Source: a virus
Taxonomy: Duplodnaviria; Caudoviricetes
Direction: 5' to 3' (one strand)
DNA: 64,000 bases
Virus record (IMG/VR): IMGVR_UViG_2816332632_000001
Span: 11,200 to 75,199 of that record
A model generated the notes under the pieces. That model was not told the origin of the DNA. It did no database searches and saw nothing but the letters and a program-made list of their open reading frames with translations. Both the position numbers and the translations under genes were made by a program. Below are positions 49,421-59,081 of this stretch, in pieces (position 1 is the stretch's first letter; each line of letters opens with the position of its first letter).

Positions 49421-50426
49421 ATGACGAAGACCATCATCAGACTCGACGCCAAGAGCCGCCTCTCCGTCGGCCGCTACACCGAACTCGAGCCCGGCTCGTA
49501 CTTCCGCATCGAGAAGGCCGAAGGCGGCACGCTTACCCTCACGCCGGTCCCGGTCGAGGCCCCTGAAACCGAGGTGGCTGCATGAGCCAGACGAAACGCG
49601 TCGGCCTCCGGCGCATTCTCCCGACGGTCATCAACTCGCACATGTTCCGCGCAGAGCTCAATCGGGCGATCGACGAGCTTGAGCAGCACGAGGCCAAGAC
49701 GGGCGAGCAGATCATCTGGGCGACGATCGACCTTGAAATCGAAGAGGACCAGATCGACGACCGCACGTTCGCCGGCATGGATGCCGAGGTGTCCGTGCTG
49801 CGCTCCCTGCGATTCGGGGCGTACGCCACCGTCCCCGGAGGTGAGGATGAGTAACCGCGCCGCGCTCATCGCGCTCATCCTCGCGTACTGGACGTGCCGC
49901 GCCCTGGCGGCCGCCAGCATCTTCGGCACGCTGACATTCCTGGCCGTCTACGTAGCGACCGGCCAGCCGCAGTTTGGCTACGCGGCGGTGGTCTGCATCG
50001 GTTCGATGGTCGGCTTCGTCATTGCGGGTGCCGTCGCGCAGAATTGGGCTCGCGCATGACGATCACGACCGGAGACTACGTGACCATCGGCCGCAACAAG
50101 CTCACGTGGCGCGTCATTCGGATCGTCGACGGCGTGGCCCAACTCGCCTCCGGCAACTCCAGCCGCCACCGCTTCGAGCACGTGGTCCGTCTCCGACTCT
50201 TCGGCGTGGGAGGCGAGAAATGACCGCCAACATGCGCTACGGCTCCGCGGACATGCTCATCGCCCAGGCCGGAATCGACCCGAACACAGTTTCGACACTC
50301 GGCGTGACCGCACAAGGGTACTGGGAGCCGCAGGGGCGGCGCGGAGACGCCGAGTGCTTCGTATGGCGCTCATGGCCAAGCCAGCAGATCGGTTCCGAGA
50401 TCTACCAGGCGCTCAACCCACGGTGA
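49421..50426 (+). CDS. Small genes: 49421-49585 (AbrB-like), 49582-49854, 49847-50059 (membrane), 50056-50223, 50220-50426
   Basis: Coupled overlaps; RLDAKSRLSV...TLTLTP AbrB-like pattern. Confidence 0.55.
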
Positions 50427-50537
50427 GGGACGACGACTATCCCGAACTTGGCTCCGGCGAGGTCGAATTTACCGAGGGCCGCACCATCATCCACTTCGGG
50501 AGCCCCGCTGGCTCCCAATTCACAGACAGGAGTAACA

Positions 50538-51452
50538 ATGAGCACTCAAAAAGGACTGGTCTACGTCGCTGGGCCCATGACGGGCTATCCGGGATTCAAC
50601 TTCCCGGCCTTCGACGCGGCCACGAAGGCGCTGCGCGAGGATGGGTGGTGGCCGATCAACCCCGCCGACCACGACCGGGCGATGGGGTTCACCGGTGAGG
50701 GGATGACCGGCGCCGAGGATCTCCAGGAGCGCGGCTTCAACCTCGCGGAGGCTCTCCTCTGGGATCTCCAGAAGGTTGCCGAGGCGAACGCCATTTACCT
50801 TCTCGAGGGGTGGCGGGAGTCGAAGGGCGCACGCGCCGAGCACGCTCTGGCAGTTGCTCTCGGCAAGGAGATCATCGAACAGCCCGGAAAGCGCCTCCTT
50901 GGCTTCGGCGGTCGGCTCGCGAGCGGGAAGGATGCTCTTGCGGACCACCTCGTGGAGACCGCCGGCTACGTCAAGATCGGCATGAGCGACGCGCTCAACC
51001 ACGCACTACTAACCCTCGACCCGATCATCGACCAGGACGGCCAGTGGGTGCAGCGATACTCGGATGTCATCGAGGAACGCGGCTACGTCGACGCCAAGAA
51101 GCACCCCGAGGTTCGCCGACTCCTCCAGGTGCTCGGCACTGAGGTCGGTCGCGAGATGATCGACGTCGACGTATGGGTCAAGATCAGCGAGCGAATGATC
51201 CGCTCGCTGCTCGCCAACGGCAAGAAGGTCATCATCACCGGCGTCCGGTATCCCAATGAGGTCGATCTCATCGAGCGCCTCGGCGGAAGAACAGTGTGGG
51301 TGGAGCGCCCTAGCGACAGCGCCAGCAAATCCATCCACATCTCCGAATCGTCCGTCCTCCCCCGAGACTTCCAGCACGTCGTCGATAATGACGGGACGCT
51401 CGAGGATCTCTACCGCAAGGGGGATCGGCTGGTCGAGGGGGTGAACCAGTGA
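50538..51452 (+). CDS. DUF4406-like domain fused to deoxynucleoside monophosphate kinase
   Basis: YVAGPMTG..FNFPAF, INPA, LEGWRESKGARAE; then G..ASGKD, RRLLQ.LGTEVGR, VRYPNE. Confidence 0.85.
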   Translation: MSTQKGLVYVAGPMTGYPGFNFPAFDAATKALREDGWWPINPADHDRAMGFTGEGMTGAEDLQERGFNLAEALLWDLQKVAEANAIYLLEGWRESKGARAEHALAVALGKEIIEQPGKRLLGFGGRLASGKDALADHLVETAGYVKIGMSDALNHALLTLDPIIDQDGQWVQRYSDVIEERGYVDAKKHPEVRRLLQVLGTEVGREMIDVDVWVKISERMIRSLLANGKKVIITGVRYPNEVDLIERLGGRTVWVERPSDSASKSIHISESSVLPRDFQHVVDNDGTLEDLYRKGDRLVEGVNQ

Positions 51453-51622
51453 GCCCGCAGCAAGTTTCCGAGTTTGCGCCCGCAACTAAGGCGCTCCTCG
51501 ACGGCGAGATCCTGGTGACGATCCTGCGCCCGGTCTCCGGCAACATCCTCGTCGACGTCGGCCACGGGACACTTCTCGTCCCCAGGGAGCGGCTCACGTT
51601 GCTCGCTTAGCTAACTAACGCG

Positions 51623-51651
51623 AAAAGCCCCCGTGAGAACGGGGGCTTTTT
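51623..51651. terminator. Bidirectional Rho-independent terminator
   Basis: AAAAGCCCCCGT/ACGGGGGCTTTT. Confidence 0.85.
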
Positions 51652-51665
51652 CGGGTGGTTCACAG

Positions 51666-51878
51666 TCAGACTGACGCGAGGAACCTCTCGACTCCAATCT
51701 CCAGCGGTTCGAGCAGCCCGAACTCCTTCTTGACGGCGGCGATGAACTCCGCCTTGTCGATCTCGATGCAGAACCCGTGGGCTTCGTCGGCAATGAAGAC
51801 CGAATTAGGGAGGCTGCGATGCGTCCCCTCGATCTCGACGACGCGGTCGTGGAAAACGTTCTGCAATCTCATAGTCAT
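51666..51878 (-). CDS. Hypothetical protein divergent from DGQHR gene
   Basis: 70-aa ORF with GAAAGG SD, ends at terminator. Confidence 0.55.
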   Translation of the reverse strand: MTMRLQNVFHDRVVEIEGTHRSLPNSVFIADEAHGFCIEIDKAEFIAAVKKEFGLLEPLEIGVERFLASV

Positions 51879-52090
51879 GTCGTTTGGTGGCCTTTCATAT
51901 CCCTAGTTATCCCCCGTGCATACGCTCCGGTCTACCTGTGAAAGTTAGCATGGTGGTCCGACACAGGATCGGCTTAAATGCGTTTAATGTGCTTGCCACC
52001 CCCGTACTGGGGGCGATAGCCTGTAGCCGCGGATTAACGGGACGTTGGTATAGTTTCCCGTTGTCTAATGATATTTGAGGAGGTCAACTT

Positions 52091-53485
52091 TTGGCTGCTG
52101 GCACGAAGGCGCAATCCGGTACTGCGCCGCGGGTAACTGGTTACGACACGGACATTAAGTACTACGCGAACCGGTACAAGCAGGGCGGCAGGACGACCTA
52201 CTCGTTGAACCTTTCGCCCCTACAGGTGATCTCGACGATTCATCGCCCGGACCCCAGCCAGGCGACACCCGGCAACCGCGCGATCAATGCGAAGCACGCC
52301 CAAGGATTTGCCAAGTACTTCCGCGAGCACGACTCCTGGGTGGTGCCCGGCATGATTATGCGCGTGGCTGAGCCGTTCGACTTCGAGCTAATCGAAGAGG
52401 TCGAGGGCGCATCCTTCGGAGTCATTTCGTTCCCACGACAGGCGGCCGGAGACATTCACATCCTCGACGGTCAGCACCGCATCCTTGGCTTCTACCTGGC
52501 TAGCGAGCAGATCAACCAGGATCTCGACAAGGCGCGGAATCAGCTTGCAATGGCCCGCCGCGTCGACCCACACGGCGCTGCCGTTCGGGAGGCAGAGAAC
52601 CGGATCAAGGAGTTGGAGGCGCAGCGCGCACGTTTCGAGCGGGAGCGCGTGGACCTCACCATCGTGGTCGAGTCCGACCCGGCTGCGTACAAGCAGATGT
52701 TCTTCGACATCGCCGACAATGCCAAGGGGATCAGCGGCTCCGTCAAGGCGCGATTCGACGCCCGCAAGGTCGTCAACCGCTCACTCGAGGCCGTTCTGCT
52801 CCACCCGCTGCTGCTGAACCGAGTCGACATCGAACAGGACCGCATCGGCCGCGGAAGCATCTACTTCCTGGGCGCGCGGCACGTCGCCGAGATCATCCGA
52901 AGCGTCATCGTCGGACTCGACGGGCGCGTGAGCGCTCGGCAGGACAAGGAGTGGAAGGAGGTCGACGTCGCGGCGAAGGCCAACCAGTTCTTCGATGTGC
53001 TGCTCGAGGCGTTCCCGCCACTGCGGGCGATGAGCCTCGGCCAGCTTCTCCCGGACCAGCTTCGAAAGACAAGCCTGCTCGGCTCCGTCCTCATGATCCG
53101 CATTCTCGCCGGCGTCTACCACGACCTCGTCACGAATCACGCGTTCACGCCAGAAATGGTGGCGAACTACTTCGCGAAGCTCAGTCCGCACATGGAAGGA
53201 CCGGTCTACCCCGGCTCGATCTGGCTCGATCGCACCCCCACCGGCGCATTCGGCGATGGGGCAATGGCTCCAAACGGGCGCCGCCAGGAGGCCAAGGCAT
53301 TCAAGAACGCCCTGGTCGACTGGGCGGTTGAGGCGCCCGACTTCCTCGACGAAGCTCCCGCACCCCGACCCGTCGCGGAAGAGGCTGCCGAGCTCGAATT
53401 GACGGAGGAGGCCGCCGACGAGGTGCTGCGCCCGGAGACAGCCCGCGCACGCAAGAGCGCCAAGGATGCCGCGCCCGTTGGCTGA
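52091..53485 (+). CDS. DGQHR-domain / DndB-family protein (ParB-Srx fold)
   Basis: GNRAIN..HA, HILDGQHR, QMFFDI..NAK; SD GAGGAGG. Confidence 0.85.
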   Translation: MAAGTKAQSGTAPRVTGYDTDIKYYANRYKQGGRTTYSLNLSPLQVISTIHRPDPSQATPGNRAINAKHAQGFAKYFREHDSWVVPGMIMRVAEPFDFELIEEVEGASFGVISFPRQAAGDIHILDGQHRILGFYLASEQINQDLDKARNQLAMARRVDPHGAAVREAENRIKELEAQRARFERERVDLTIVVESDPAAYKQMFFDIADNAKGISGSVKARFDARKVVNRSLEAVLLHPLLLNRVDIEQDRIGRGSIYFLGARHVAEIIRSVIVGLDGRVSARQDKEWKEVDVAAKANQFFDVLLEAFPPLRAMSLGQLLPDQLRKTSLLGSVLMIRILAGVYHDLVTNHAFTPEMVANYFAKLSPHMEGPVYPGSIWLDRTPTGAFGDGAMAPNGRRQEAKAFKNALVDWAVEAPDFLDEAPAPRPVAEEAAELELTEEAADEVLRPETARARKSAKDAAPVG

Positions 53486-53801
53486 CAACGTCATCTACGG
53501 ACTGTCCTGCCGCTGCCATCCGGCGGCAGGGCTCCGGTACGTGGGCCTCACTTCGAGGGGGCTCACGTACCGGCTCGCCCAGCACCGTCGAGATGCTGCG
53601 AATACAACAGTGAATCGGATGCACCTGTGGATGCGCGAGCACGATGTGGTCGGCGAGGTGCTGGAGGTGCTGCCGAGCCGCAGCGAGCTTCGAGTCGCTG
53701 AGTTGAGGTGGATGGCTCGCCTCCGCGGCCAGGGTGCGGATCTCTTGAACGGGACGGACCACTGGAAGGTCGTCGACGGGGTCTGGCTTCGGGCAAGCTG
53801 A
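53478..53801 (+). CDS. GIY-YIG-like endonuclease
   Basis: VIYGL...RYVGLT...RLAQH...E..W...LLN. Confidence 0.75.
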   Translation: MADNVIYGLSCRCHPAAGLRYVGLTSRGLTYRLAQHRRDAANTTVNRMHLWMREHDVVGEVLEVLPSRSELRVAELRWMARLRGQGADLLNGTDHWKVVDGVWLRAS

Positions 53802-53834
53802 GGACTACCTGTATGTAAGCTGTAAACTGGCTGT

Positions 53835-54344
53835 ATGCCACAGGAGATCCGAGCCGTTCCCGCGAACGTCGTCGACCACAAGCTCCTGATGAACGCGGCC
53901 AACATGAGCCCCGTCGAGCTCAGCGCCGAGGTCAACGGAATCCTGCGCCCCGAGGTTGCCGCAGCCCGAGTCAAAGAGCTTCTGCGCGCACGCGACTGGC
54001 TCACCGACACCGAGCTCGACAACCTCGTCACGTACAAGCTCCAGAAGGCGCTCGCGCGCCTCGAGGGCCAGTACCTCGACAACGAGAACCTCGAGCTCCA
54101 GCTCAAATTCCTTCGCGAGATCGCGGGCCGCCTCGACAAGCGCCGCGCGGCCACGACCGTCGACCTCAACACGCTCTACGGCAACAACGGCCGCCTCATG
54201 GCGCAGATCTACGACATGTGCCTCGCGTACATGAAGGGCGCGCTGCGCGAGAAGATCGACGCGGACCTGTGGGACGAACTCGCCCAGGAGGCGCTCGACC
54301 ACGCCAGCCTCGAGATCTCCCGGCACGAGGCGATCGAGGCATAG
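53835..54344 (+). CDS. Putative terminase small subunit
   Basis: Helical 169 aa directly before TerL; leaderless promoter. Confidence 0.6.
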   Translation: MPQEIRAVPANVVDHKLLMNAANMSPVELSAEVNGILRPEVAAARVKELLRARDWLTDTELDNLVTYKLQKALARLEGQYLDNENLELQLKFLREIAGRLDKRRAATTVDLNTLYGNNGRLMAQIYDMCLAYMKGALREKIDADLWDELAQEALDHASLEISRHEAIEA

Positions 54345-56032
54345 TGCTCGACCCCCGCATCCTCCAGGCCGCCAAGGCGGAGTCCGAGACGATCCGCAAG
54401 AAGCGGCAGTACGTCAACGACCCCGTCCTCTGGGCGCGCGAGTACCTCGGCATCATCCTTTGGTCGAAGCAGAAAGAGATCCTCTACTCGATCCGCGACA
54501 ACCGTAAGACGGCGGTGGCGGCCGGCCACGGTGTCGGCAAGTCGTTCGTCGCGGCCGTCGCGATGGCATGGTGGATTGACGTACATCCGCTCGGCGCCGA
54601 CGAGACGGGCGCCCCACAGACCTTCGTGGCGTCGACCGCGCCCTTCCAGGACCAGATCACGACCATTCTGTGGACGAACGTGCTGATCCTCCACCAGCTT
54701 TCGCAGAAGCGCCACACGGAGTACCTGCGCCGCAAGGAGCGCGGCGAAGACCTCGGCGACTACGCCGCAGCCGACCACGCGCTCCCCGGCTACATCACTG
54801 GCCAGAACAAGTGGATGTATAACGGCATGGTCATCGGCCAGGGCCGGAAGCCACCGGACAACAAGGCCGACTCCGGCTACCAGGGAAAGCACGCCACGTA
54901 CCTCCTCGCCATCGGCGATGAGGCCGCTGGCCTGAATGCAGACATGATCGGCGCGCTCGGCAACATCACCACCGGTGACTTCAACCGAATGCTGCTCATT
55001 GCCAACCCGACCGACCCGACCTGCGAAATGGCGAAGATCTGGTCGGACAACAACGCGGAGTGGCACACCATGCACATCTCCGTGTTCGACTCCCCCAAGA
55101 TCACCAACGAGCCCGGCTTCCCGGAAGAGCGCATGTCGGCGCTCTCCGGCCAGGCGTACATCGACGAGATGGCTGCAACCCACGGAGTCGACGACCCGCA
55201 GTACATCTCGCGCGTGCTCGGCCAGTGGGCTTTCGAGGCTGGCAACACGGTGTTCAGCGAGTTCGAGATCGCACAGGCCGCGAACACCGTCGTACTCCCC
55301 GACCCCAACGCCCTCCGTCGCCAGGGATGGGACATCGCCCGCATGGGCAAGGACTCGACCATCGGGTATCAGTGCGTCGAGGGCGAGGTCTGGGAGACGG
55401 ACCCCGAGACGACGAAGCCAATTCGTCCGACCGGTCGCCGCGGTCTCTACATCCGACTCATCGACGAGTGGCGCAAGGCACCCCTGGTCAGTTCCAACCC
55501 CGAGAACCTCGGCTCGGCGCAGCGCATCGACGGGTACGCCCTCGCCGAGGGTGCGGCCATCCTCAACATCGACGCATCCGGCATGGGCTCCGCCATCGTC
55601 GACGGACTCGCCGAGATCAACCTCGACCGCTCCATCGAGCCGTACGTCGTCCTCGAGGTCTTCGGCAACGCGACACCGACGGACACCCGAGCCTTCCGCA
55701 ACCTCCGCGCCGAGCAGTACTTCGAGCTCAAGCGCCGGTTCTTCGCCGGTGAAATCGACGTCGACCCGACGGACAAGCGACTGCTCGACGAGCTTCGCGG
55801 CATCGTCTACGAGTACACCGAGGGCGGCGCACGCAAAATCGAGTCGAAGGACAAGATGAAGGCCGCCGGCAAGAAGTCCCCCGACGCGGCCGACGCCTTC
55901 TGGTACGCCGGACTCGACGTTAGCGAGCTAATCGACGGACCGCTCGCCGGACTCAACCCTGGCGACGTCGTGCGCCGCGATCCGTGGGAGATTCTCAACG
56001 TTGCGCGGACTGGTGCGGGAATGCCCTGCTAA
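54344..56032 (+). CDS. terL: Terminase large subunit
   Basis: AGHGVGKS, IGDEA, ANPT, WDIARMGKDS, IDASGMG, KSPDAADA. Confidence 0.95.
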   Translation: MLDPRILQAAKAESETIRKKRQYVNDPVLWAREYLGIILWSKQKEILYSIRDNRKTAVAAGHGVGKSFVAAVAMAWWIDVHPLGADETGAPQTFVASTAPFQDQITTILWTNVLILHQLSQKRHTEYLRRKERGEDLGDYAAADHALPGYITGQNKWMYNGMVIGQGRKPPDNKADSGYQGKHATYLLAIGDEAAGLNADMIGALGNITTGDFNRMLLIANPTDPTCEMAKIWSDNNAEWHTMHISVFDSPKITNEPGFPEERMSALSGQAYIDEMAATHGVDDPQYISRVLGQWAFEAGNTVFSEFEIAQAANTVVLPDPNALRRQGWDIARMGKDSTIGYQCVEGEVWETDPETTKPIRPTGRRGLYIRLIDEWRKAPLVSSNPENLGSAQRIDGYALAEGAAILNIDASGMGSAIVDGLAEINLDRSIEPYVVLEVFGNATPTDTRAFRNLRAEQYFELKRRFFAGEIDVDPTDKRLLDELRGIVYEYTEGGARKIESKDKMKAAGKKSPDAADAFWYAGLDVSELIDGPLAGLNPGDVVRRDPWEILNVARTGAGMPC

Positions 56033-56077
56033 TAGATCCTGATTATTAGCTGGGTGTTCGCTGATAGACTGCTGAAC

Positions 56078-57682
56078 GTGCCAGAAATCGCCGAAGTAGC
56101 CCCCGAAACCCGCGAAGACCTCGAAACTGCCCTCGAAGCAGTGATGACGGCGAACGGGTTCCTTGCCGAGGATCTGGACCGCGTGCGGCAGATGTTCAAG
56201 GCGGAGGACATCGGTTGGTTCCGATTCGGCGATGGCAACACCGAGCACGGCATGACGAAAGAGGATCTCGACGACTGGTCGGGGCAGATCCGCGAAGCGA
56301 TCATCGGCAACACCTGGATCAAGGCGGGTATCCGACTGCGGAACTCGTACGTCCTCCAGGGCGGCGGGATTCACTACGAGAACATCCCGGCGGACTCGGA
56401 TGGCCGCAAGAAGACCGCCAACGTTCAGGCCCACATCGACAACCCGATCAACAAGGCGCACTTCTTCGGCATGGGCGCGCGGAAGGAGCGCGAGAGCGCC
56501 CTCTATTCCGACGGCAATGTGTTCTACCTCGGCGACGACGAGACCCGCACCCTCGACCCGGTGCCGCTCTGGGAGATCGACGGCGACTACCGCAACCCCG
56601 AGAACGACGCGCAGATCTGGGCGTACCGCCGCAGGTGGAGCTACTACCCGCCCGGAAAGTCGGCCCCCGAAGAGCGGGTGGCCTGGTATTTCACCGACAC
56701 CTACAAGTCCAAGGCCACAACGAGCGACGGCAAACTCGTCACCACCATCACGCACGCGGGCAAGGCCGAGAAGGTCGATAACGGCAAGACCATGTTCGAC
56801 GGCCGGGTGAACACTCAGATCGGCTGGGCGTACGGGGTGCCGGATGCCGTGATTGCGCTCGTGTGGGCGCGCATCTACCGCGACTTCATGACCAACGGCA
56901 AGATCATGACGGACGCGCTCGCGCAGTTCGCCTTCCAGGCGGTCCAGGAGACGCAGAAGGGCAGCAACAACGTCGGCCTCCAGATGGCCGGGGTCAAGCG
57001 CGCTGGCGCAACCGTGGTCACGAACAGCCCCAACGGGCTCGTGCCGCTGTCGTCCGCTGGCAAGGGGTACGACTTCCCTTCCGGCGTCGCCTTGCTCGCC
57101 GCCGTCGCTACGGCCATTGGCGTCTCCGTTATCCACCTCTCCGCCGACCCCGGCACCGCCGGCGGCAGCTACGGCTCAGCATCCACTCTCGACCTGCCGA
57201 CCTTGCTCGCAACCAACGATCGCCGCGAGTGGCACATCGAGTTCGACCTTCGCGTGCTGCACTGGATGGGCGCCAACGACGCACACGCCTACTTCAAGCC
57301 GCTCACCAACCCGACCGACCTCCTGCGACTCATCCAGGGCTTCGTCGCACTGTGGAACACCGGCAACTACTCGTCCGACGAGTTCCGCAAGATGGTCGAC
57401 GAGCTCCTCGGCAACATCCCCGGCCAGGCGCCGGAGGGGGTCATGCTTCCGAACAACAGCAACTTCACCGACACCCTGACCAACGACGGCCAAGCCCCTG
57501 CCGACACCACATCCACCAAGGGCAAGGCCGCGACCGGCCAGGGCAAGGCGACGAAGTCGGGCAACAGCCCGAAGGGCAACGACCTCCGCACGGACACGCT
57601 CGCCAACTCCCTCCTCGAGGACAAACTCGACCACGTGCTCGAACGCATCGAGGCGCTCATGCTTCTCGACCGAGCGGCCTAA
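56078..57682 (+). CDS. Portal protein
   Basis: Follows TerL; DGNVF, GWAYGVPD, GSYGSA..LD. Confidence 0.85.
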   Translation: MPEIAEVAPETREDLETALEAVMTANGFLAEDLDRVRQMFKAEDIGWFRFGDGNTEHGMTKEDLDDWSGQIREAIIGNTWIKAGIRLRNSYVLQGGGIHYENIPADSDGRKKTANVQAHIDNPINKAHFFGMGARKERESALYSDGNVFYLGDDETRTLDPVPLWEIDGDYRNPENDAQIWAYRRRWSYYPPGKSAPEERVAWYFTDTYKSKATTSDGKLVTTITHAGKAEKVDNGKTMFDGRVNTQIGWAYGVPDAVIALVWARIYRDFMTNGKIMTDALAQFAFQAVQETQKGSNNVGLQMAGVKRAGATVVTNSPNGLVPLSSAGKGYDFPSGVALLAAVATAIGVSVIHLSADPGTAGGSYGSASTLDLPTLLATNDRREWHIEFDLRVLHWMGANDAHAYFKPLTNPTDLLRLIQGFVALWNTGNYSSDEFRKMVDELLGNIPGQAPEGVMLPNNSNFTDTLTNDGQAPADTTSTKGKAATGQGKATKSGNSPKGNDLRTDTLANSLLEDKLDHVLERIEALMLLDRAA

Positions 57683-57720
57683 CCTGAAAGTTACCTGGGA
57701 ATCAGCTGTACGCTAGATGT

Positions 57721-58656
57721 ATGGCACGTCAGGTACTTCACGAGTCGTTCACGACTCTCCTTGAGCGCAAGGGCGCGCGCTGGCGTGCGGTCCTCATCAC
57801 TCCCGGCCAGGGCTCCAGCGGCTTCTACGCCGAGTCGATGCTCGAGGCTAACCTGCACGCCTTCGAGGGCAACGTCGTCAAGAACTACTTCAAGCACCCC
57901 GAGAAGCCGGGCGCCCAGCGCGACCCGCGCGACCAGTGGGGCTACGTCGAAGAGGGCACCGTGCGCTACGAGCCCGGTGTCGGCGTCGTCGGCGAGATCA
58001 ACGTCCTCGACCACTGGAAGCCGGTCATCGAGTCGCTCGCCAAGGCGGGTCAGGCCAGCCTCTCCGTCTACATCAGCGCCGAGCGCGACAGCGACGGCAA
58101 TGTGACGGCCCTCTACCCCCACGTGAAGAACTCCGTGGACCTCGTGGACTACCCCGGCCGCCCAGGCTCGGCGCTCACGGAACAAATGCTCGAGTCGGCA
58201 CTTGCCGGCTTCAACGAACCTGCTGTCGAAGCCTCGGCAGAGGAGAAAGAAGACCCAATGACCCCGGAAGAGCTCAAGGCCGCACTGGCCGAAGCACTCG
58301 CCCCTGTCATCGCCTTCGTCACCAAGGAGAAGGACTCTGCCGACGAGCAGGTCCAGGCCGAGGCGGATGCCAAAGCCGTGGACAAGGCCGTCGAAGAGCG
58401 CCTCGCTGCCATCGCCGAGAAGGAGGCTGCCATCGCGGCTGCCGAAGATCTCTCGCCGAAGCAGATCGAGAGCCTCAAGGCAGCAGCCCACAAGGGTGAG
58501 GACATCACCCAGCTCCTCGAGGACGCCAAGGCGATCGCAGCCGATTTCAAGACCCTCAGCGAGTCGCACGACGTCGAAGGCTACGGCCGCGTCGTCGAGT
58601 CCGCTGGCAACAGCAACGACGACTTCACCGTCGCAGGATTCGGAGGTTCGTTCTAA
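57721..58656 (+). CDS. Capsid maturation protease / scaffold
   Basis: ITPGQGSSGFY, SVDLVDYPGRPG; acidic helical C-terminal half. Confidence 0.8.
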   Translation: MARQVLHESFTTLLERKGARWRAVLITPGQGSSGFYAESMLEANLHAFEGNVVKNYFKHPEKPGAQRDPRDQWGYVEEGTVRYEPGVGVVGEINVLDHWKPVIESLAKAGQASLSVYISAERDSDGNVTALYPHVKNSVDLVDYPGRPGSALTEQMLESALAGFNEPAVEASAEEKEDPMTPEELKAALAEALAPVIAFVTKEKDSADEQVQAEADAKAVDKAVEERLAAIAEKEAAIAAAEDLSPKQIESLKAAAHKGEDITQLLEDAKAIAADFKTLSESHDVEGYGRVVESAGNSNDDFTVAGFGGSF

Positions 58657-59081
58657 TGGCGACCAACGCAGTCTTCCCGTACAGCGAGACGGGCACCGAG
58701 CTCTGGACCCTCGCAGCCACCACGGCGCCCGGTACGCCGGTCGTCGGCGGCGCAGGCGGCGCACAGCCCGGCGTGACCCTCACCGGCACCGGCGACTACA
58801 CCGTCAGCCAGGTCGTCGGCCCGTACACCGTCTCGGGCATCCCCCGCGGCGCGCAGGGGCTCGCGGCCAAGGAGGCGACCATCGCCACCGATGGCACCTG
58901 GGACTTCCCCGTAGCGGGTGGAGACCTCACCACGGCCCAGAACACGCTCGTCTACATCAAGACGGACAACACCCTCACCACAACGGTCGGCACCAACAAG
59001 GTCTTCGGGAAGGTCAACTACCCCAAGGACTACGTGAAGGTCGCCGGCACCCTCCCCGTCAAGATCGGAGTGTTCGCGTAA
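58656..59081 (+). CDS. Capsid decoration/cement protein
   Basis: Gly/Thr-rich 141 aa between scaffold and major capsid. Confidence 0.65.
   Translation: MATNAVFPYSETGTELWTLAATTAPGTPVVGGAGGAQPGVTLTGTGDYTVSQVVGPYTVSGIPRGAQGLAAKEATIATDGTWDFPVAGGDLTTAQNTLVYIKTDNTLTTTVGTNKVFGKVNYPKDYVKVAGTLPVKIGVFA

Noticed and set aside
52091-53485. Phosphorothioate (dnd) modification system
   Set aside because: No dndA/C/D/E or ssp genes in the window
3952-58764. Long antisense ORFs such as 3952-5607, 8677-10026, 13121-14440, 23717-25774, 33341-34510, 55928-57136
   Set aside because: Typical high-GC antisense shadows of well-supported genes; no motifs or SD
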